From Wallemia ichthyophaga EXF-994 (taxonomy: Eukaryota > Fungi > Basidiomycota), in NCBI RefSeq assembly GCF_000400465.1, contig NW_008806276.1, forward strand, positions 300,001-332,000: a DNA stretch of 32,000 nucleotides, read 5' to 3'. Of this stretch, positions 25,836 to 32,000 are shown piece by piece; positions within the stretch are counted from its first letter, which is position 1; each line of letters begins with the position of its first letter. The notes beneath the pieces were generated by a model, which saw nothing but the letters and a program-made list of their open reading frames with translations, was not told the DNA's origin and did no database searches. Both the position numbers and the translations under genes were made by a program.

Positions 25836-27650
25836 TATTGACGCTGACGTTTCACCAAACAAAGCTCCTCAACCAACGAACCAACGTATGTTTCCCGCCA
25901 TAGCCAAAGCCCCGATACGTTCTCATGTTTTCGAACATGACGGGTAAGATGGCTAAAAATTGGACGGAAGTGTAAGAAGTTGGTCCTGATCCATGATCCG
26001 AAAATGTGGAACATTCTGCAAAAGTCAAAATCAAAATTGATATAAAAACACTATCATAAATGCTTCCATTAGATTGAGGCAAATTGTTAAATGAGTGATA
26101 CAAAAAATCAATTTACAGTTATAGACAAATTATCCGATGTAGAAGACTTACCCTTCGGTGACAACTTTGACAATACTTTATTCTCAAACAAATTAAGCAC
26201 TATGCAATATTATGATAATTCATTACCGCAAAAACGTCATAGATTGTTTTATTTGCGTACATCGAAAAAGAGAACGCAGTAAAGATGGCGCGATATATAA
26301 GCAGCAAAACGTGAACAGCATTAGTCTGCTTCAAAGTCAACATTAAACAAATAAAATCTGTAAAATTGAATCAGGATACCGAGCTCTGACTCAACATTCA
26401 ATCAGAGAAAGCTGCCATTCGAAACAAATTTTTGTTCAAGCAAGAAAAAGAAATATTACTCGTATAGCCTGGTATTATTGAAGACAGTGAGTTTGCACAT
26501 GGTTATTTTATACAATTTGCTGTCTCGTGTTTCTCCGCGCATCTCAGGCAACGGAGGTGGTGATCTGCATACTTTGTGTGTCTCAACTTTCCACATTTTA
26601 GGCATTGTCTCGGAATGAGGTTCGCTGGTTCTACTCTAGGCATTTCTCCGCTATAACCAACATTCAGGGATACGCTAGCTTTGGCGGCGTTGATGTCGTT
26701 CAGTTGCATCATTGATCGACAGAATCGTCAATGCACCCTCAAATGACGTCTCAGAGATGCGCAAGATCGTCAAGAACCTCGATCGCTTATGTTATGGATT
26801 ACGTGTAGTGATTGATTTAGCTGAGCTCACGAGGAACGTTCACCATGATGTAAAATGGATTAAAGCGGCCCCAAACACGTACAATAGGCTCTGCGAGCCC
26901 ATAAATGAGCTTAATACTCATGTAGGATTATACCAGGCCGTTAGAGAACAGAGCAAAATCCTACTATTCAATTAGATTACTCTGCTAATCAAGTTGCACT
27001 CTTGTTCCATCGAGACTTCGAGAAATCTGGCATAAAATTGTCAGACGCCCCAAGAAGAAGATTTATGTAACTCTCATTAGAGTCTTTGCTGCTTGGAGAC
27101 CAATCTTTCCGATCAAAGCCCGCGTTGCTTTGTGTAAACTGTACCTAACGAATTGATAGATTGACCCATCAACTGAAAACCCCATAATCTTAGATAGAAA
27201 GGGCAAAACCGACAGCTTCGTCTACGGCTTAGCTCGATTACTTTTCCAAAATCGAAGTAAATTTCGAACTGATTAATACGCAAAATTGCAAAGCTAAAGA
27301 CGCCGGCAATAATTGAAGCAAAAAAAAGGGTGAAATATTAGAGATAACTTATGCCGTATATCCACATTATTTTCAGACAAATCGTGTACAAGCAGGAAAA
27401 TGACATTCTTCTTAAACATGTGACAGAACCGTGTAGGATATTATAAACTAGTGATCTACTTATTTAATCGTCATATGTTATATAATCATAGAAAATAAAC
27501 AATAACATAAAATCGACTAAAAGACACCTTCTTTGAGTATATTGCAATATTGTGAAACATGAGTAACGACGAATTGATTTATTCCCACATGAACGGAATC
27601 AATTACGCTGTGAAATGCTAGAGAGTGTATCTCGTTTACATTTCCTAACG
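25836..27650 (+). repeat. Left arm of a long near-perfect inverted repeat (1815 bp)
   Basis: Position x pairs with 56951-x throughout, and the ORFs mirror each other (26091-26282+ and 30669-30860-; 26503-26712- and 30239-30448+). Mismatches found by hand: 26862, 27618, 27639 and 27647. Confidence 0.97.
26491..26712 (-). mobile_element. Degenerate non-LTR retrotransposon (Tad/LINE-like) ORF1/gag zinc-knuckle relic, left-arm copy
   Basis: ...GEMPRVEPANLIPRQCLKCGKLRHTKYADHHLRCLRCAEKHETANCIK*PCAN fits the LINE ORF1 array Cx2Cx4Hx4C / Cx2Cx3Hx4C / CAN. The first knuckle has lost its last Cys, and a stop precedes the third knuckle remnant. Confidence 0.65.
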
Positions 27651-29300
27651 AATGACGGCTGCTTCAAAAGTTCGAAATGTATAAAACAAATCGTTCATTA
27701 AAAATCGTCACAGTGAATCCCAATCAAGTGGGGAACTCTGCTTCGAAGCTTAAGAAAACTCTTTAAATGTCAAATTTAATGTGAGTTACTTTTGAAAACA
27801 CCTCGAATAAGTAACTTGTTACACTGATGAATTTTGGCCTCAGAGGGGCAGTTTTCATCTGATCTTTTGACATGGGTTGTCATTTTTCAAAGCTTTAATA
27901 AATTTAAAATATCTCGTAACCTTAAAACTACTTAGTCGCTTAAGCATCCCATAACTATTTTAATGTCTCGCCACCTTTTCAGGACTAATCTTTAACATTG
28001 AGTCGCTTTAAAATATGAATAAACGAGAGAAACTTCAACGGGTAAGCAAACTTGTTCTTAAAATTGAATTTAAACATGTTTTGAAATAAAGAAAATTTAC
28101 TCATTATCTTAGTGGCAACACAATACTTTGAAAATCATTAAAGTGCTGGCGGTACTCTGAACAGCGCAGTTCAACACACCGTCTTCTATCGCACGGTCCG
28201 ATTAATAAATAAGATAACGACACGTGAGACAACAATCCTTTTTAAGATTCAAGTCAATAACCGATTTTTGGAAAAAAAAAAAAACGACTATTTGAAACTC
28301 GGTTCTTTTGGAATAAAACATTACTTTACATTTATACCTGCATCTTAATTTTTAATCGAATAAAACAGCTTTATGTCACTACAGTCGTAAACTTTTACGG
28401 TCTATTTTAAAGAATGCATTCAAATGCGTCTCATTTGCTTCAAATGAAGACAAAACAACGGCTATTGCTTAACTATTCATTCTTGAAAAATTGTAATTAT
28501 AATTTGGCAAAAAGGTTTCAGTTGAAAACTTTCAGCAAATCATAATTGCGTGTCGAATCATCTGTTTCCATTTCAATAAATCAAAAGATCTAAAGGAACC
28601 TGTTGGTTTATTTTTTTTTTTTTTTTTGAGTACATATCCGGTTTGTGATACTGATTAAGCAAACATCTATGTAAAATAATAAATGTTGTGCAGAAGTAAT
28701 TGATTAAATTTCTTTTAACGATTATCAGTTTCTCAGGAAGGAGTTTATGCGTGTATGTTTAGTGATTTCACTAGCTCGTGGAACCTGTGCGGACAGATCT
28801 ATTTCACATATGGCAAGGCTGCCCTTGCACTCTGCAGCCCTGTGAAAAGGTTTTTTTAAGAATTCAACAATCTCATCCTTGTCATACTCAGGTACTACAT
28901 AGGAATAGCATCTTATATTACAAGAATTCACTGTTTTGACTTTATAAGTACTAGACTTTAATAACAATCGAACCACCTTCGGCCGTACAAGTCGATTTCA
29001 TTGATAAGTTCTACAAATTAACTTTCAATTTTATAGCGTACAACAAAAGTAGATCACCATTTCATTTAAAAGTAGTAATTTGCACTAGAGTTACTAAAGT
29101 GAAGTTATTTTACGAACAGTAAGTCCGAACTTTGCAATTCAACTAGTGCCTATTTTCGCCTTGCTTCCGCACGACTTCTTCTTTTTAATGCTTTAAGACA
29201 ACCTTGACAGTCAGATGTTGATTCAAATGGTAATTTGACTTTTTTTTTAATAAGATAACATCTATAAAGATAAAACTGTTCTTTAGAAACACGCGTTATC
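27651..29300. other. Unique AT-rich spacer/core between the inverted arms (1650 bp)
   Basis: Hand-counted sample lines at 28021 and 28321 are 30% and 25% GC. Homopolymers: A13 (28272-28284), T17 (28611-28627) and T9 (29240-29248). No recognisable gene. Confidence 0.9.
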
Positions 29301-31115
29301 CGTAAGGAAATTTAAACGAGATACACTCTCTAACATTTCACAGCGTAATTGATTCCGTTCATGTGGGAATAAATCAATTCGTCGTTACTCATGTTTCACA
29401 ATATTGCAATATACTCAAAGAAGGTGTCTTTTAGTCGATTTTATGTTATTGTTTATTTTCTATGATTATATAACATATGACGATTAAATAAGTAGATCAC
29501 TAGTTTATAATATCCTACACGGTTCTGTCACATGTTTAAGAAGAATGTCATTTTCCTGCTTGTACACGATTTGTCTGAAAATAATGTGGATATACGGCAT
29601 AAGTTATCTCTAATATTTCACCCTTTTTTTTGCTTCAATTATTGCCGGCGTCTTTAGCTTTGCAATTTTGCGTATTAATCAGTTCGAAATTTACTTCGAT
29701 TTTGGAAAAGTAATCGAGCTAAGCCGTAGACGAAGCTGTCGGTTTTGCCCTTTCTATCTAAGATTATGGGGTTTTCAGTTGATGGGTCAATCTATCAATT
29801 CGTTAGGTACAGTTTACACAAAGCAACGCGGGCTTTGATCGGAAAGATTGGTCTCCAAGCAGCAAAGACTCTAATGAGAGTTACATAAATCTTCTTCTTG
29901 GGGCGTCTGACAATTTTATGCCAGATTTCTCGAAGTCTCGATGGAACAAGAGTGCAACTTGATTAGCAGAGTAATCTAATTGAATAGTAGGATTTTGCTC
30001 TGTTCTCTAACGGCCTGGTATAATCCTACATGAGTATTAAGCTCATTTATGGGCTCGCAGAGCCTATTGTACGTGTTTGGGGCCGCTTCAATCCATTTTA
30101 CATCATGGTGAACGTTCCTCGTGAGCTCAGCTAAATCAATCACTACACGTAATCCATAACATAAGCGATCGAGGTTCTTGACGATCTTGCGCATCTCTGA
30201 GACGTCATTTGAGGGTGCATTGACGATTCTGTCGATCAATGATGCAACTGAACGACATCAACGCCGCCAAAGCTAGCGTATCCCTGAATGTTGGTTATAG
30301 CGGAGAAATGCCTAGAGTAGAACCAGCGAACCTCATTCCGAGACAATGCCTAAAATGTGGAAAGTTGAGACACACAAAGTATGCAGATCACCACCTCCGT
30401 TGCCTGAGATGCGCGGAGAAACACGAGACAGCAAATTGTATAAAATAACCATGTGCAAACTCACTGTCTTCAATAATACCAGGCTATACGAGTAATATTT
30501 CTTTTTCTTGCTTGAACAAAAATTTGTTTCGAATGGCAGCTTTCTCTGATTGAATGTTGAGTCAGAGCTCGGTATCCTGATTCAATTTTACAGATTTTAT
30601 TTGTTTAATGTTGACTTTGAAGCAGACTAATGCTGTTCACGTTTTGCTGCTTATATATCGCGCCATCTTTACTGCGTTCTCTTTTTCGATGTACGCAAAT
30701 AAAACAATCTATGACGTTTTTGCGGTAATGAATTATCATAATATTGCATAGTGCTTAATTTGTTTGAGAATAAAGTATTGTCAAAGTTGTCACCGAAGGG
30801 TAAGTCTTCTACATCGGATAATTTGTCTATAACTGTAAATTGATTTTTTGTATCACTCATTTAACAATTTGCCTCAATCTAATGGAAGCATTTATGATAG
30901 TGTTTTTATATCAATTTTGATTTTGACTTTTGCAGAATGTTCCACATTTTCGGATCATGGATCAGGACCAACTTCTTACACTTCCGTCCAATTTTTAGCC
31001 ATCTTACCCGTCATGTTCGAAAACATGAGAACGTATCGGGGCTTTGGCTATGGCGGGAAACATACGTTGGTTCGTTGGTTGAGGAGCTTTGTTTGGTGAA
31101 ACGTCAGCGTCAATA
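29301..31115 (-). repeat. Right arm of the long inverted repeat (1815 bp)
   Basis: Reverse complement of 25836-27650; ends ...GTCAGCGTCAATA at 31115. Confidence 0.97.
30239..30460 (+). mobile_element. Degenerate LINE-like ORF1/gag zinc-knuckle relic, right-arm copy
   Basis: Translation identical to the left-arm copy, including the in-frame TAA at 30446-30448. Confidence 0.65.
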
Positions 31116-31481
31116 TCCGTTATAAGTTGTAGTGTTATTTTCTACTTTGCCCTTCATGCAGATTATTATTTCAGGTTGATCATTCTGCTGTCCTATAATT
31201 TCATGTTGAGTTTAAATGATCGCCAGACAAGTCACATGCTAAATGCCTCCTTTATTGGAAGTAATAGAAACCAAGTTAAATAGCACGTCGTCTTGTTACG
31301 CACTTTGCGTGTAATGAGTATGCCAACATTTTACGAATGCACAATGTCACTGATTGAATTCGGTTATATTGAGTACTTCTTGTGGAATGATGATTACTAT
31401 TAATTATAATTCAGTTAAAAAAGTTTCTAAATATCACACTTCAATTCAAGATAGGGCAAATTTACAAATTTACAAGAAAAA

Positions 31482-32000
31482 TCAAGTGCTAGCTCTTTCA
31501 ATTTGACCGCCATGTAGAGTTATAAATTTGATTTCCAAATAAGCAGCCAAATCTGTCAATGGTTTGTAATACTTCAATGAAGACCATGGAAAGAGAAGAC
31601 CGTTCTCATTCGAAATGGCATCAAAGTCACTGGAAATAGTAAGAGGCCGCCTTTGACTATATGATTGATTAACTCACGATTCCATATCCTTTCTCAATTG
31701 AACGAAATATTTCGTTTCATCAGTAATAATACCATCAACTCCCCACTGATTGGCAGAGTTAACAAATCCCATATTCAATCTTTCACTCACTTTAGAAGCC
31801 TCGACCATTTCGGAACGATTATTGACAGTCCAAACCATTACACCTTTATGTGATTCTTTGCACTGTTTAAGAAATGCTTGACCGTCGCTACTGATTAATG
31901 AGCTAAATGACATACTCAAGACCTTGACATGATCCTTGAATTCGATGAGAAGATGTCTAAGCTGGAAAAATGACGCTTACGAAGAAGTGAGATCGAGCGA
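31482..32000 (-). CDS. Glycerophosphodiester phosphodiesterase (GDPD) family protein, Pgc1-like; 5' part lies outside the window
   Basis: GDPD C-terminal motifs VMVWTVN and WGVDGIITD across an intron. The last exon ...GLLFPWSSLKYY...GGQIERAST* ends at 31482-31484. Confidence 0.75.

Larger units (their letters stand above)
25836..31115. other. Candidate inverted-repeat regional centromere (arm-core-arm)
   Basis: Inferred from architecture only: a gene-free gap in a very compact genome, about 1.8 kb homogenised inverted arms and an AT-rich core. Confidence 0.5.

Noticed and set aside
27651-29300. Budding-yeast point centromere (CDEI-CDEII-CDEIII)
   Set aside because: A CACGTG is present at 28221, but there is no ~80 bp, >90% AT CDEII and no CDEIII consensus at the right spacing.
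25836-31115. Autonomous DNA transposon or recombinase-driven switch
   Set aside because: No transposase (DDE), tyrosine or serine recombinase, or reverse transcriptase ORF is visible in the arms or core. Only a non-autonomous element remains possible.
25836-31115. Mating-type locus with IR-mediated switching
   Set aside because: No pheromone, STE3-like receptor, homeodomain or HMG gene was seen in or next to the repeat.
25836-31115. Pure assembly fold-back artefact
   Set aside because: Considered less likely because the arms differ at 4 sites, the inner boundary decays gradually and a 1.65 kb unique spacer exists. It is not fully excluded without reads.
25852-31125. Short mirrored ORFs in the arms (25852-26103, 26091-26282, 26712-26975 and their copies) as real genes
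   Set aside because: They show no recognisable domains and several overlap one another. Their duplication is fully explained by the inverted repeat.
24062-31481. tRNA or rRNA genes flanking the repeat, as in S. pombe centromeres
   Set aside because: I found no convincing T-loop/B-box (GTTCRANYC) or cloverleaf by eye; a tRNAscan-SE run would settle it.

Overview
Intron-rich, extremely gene-dense fungal DNA. The 43-56 nt introns, 27-54 bp gaps between several neighbouring genes and basidiomycete-like proteins suggest a compact basidiomycete such as Wallemia; this is an inference, not a database result. Bases 1-24061 hold ordinary housekeeping genes: a PPR protein, a secreted GMC oxidoreductase, RTT109, SYO1, an HPC2/ubinuclein-like gene, ASK1, PMS1, COG8, EMC1 and VPS11. 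A glycerophosphodiester phosphodiesterase gene ends at 31482. Between VPS11 and that gene is a gap of about 7.4 kb with no recognisable gene. It contains a 5.3 kb palindrome: two 1815 bp inverted arms (25836-27650 and 29301-31115, only 4 mismatches found by hand) around a 1650 bp AT-rich unique core. Each arm carries the same decayed LINE-type gag zinc-knuckle relic. This architecture resembles the inverted-repeat regional centromeres of Komagataella phaffii and Candida tropicalis. It is the best candidate here for an undescribed system, though a fold-back transposon or invertible segment cannot be excluded from sequence alone.
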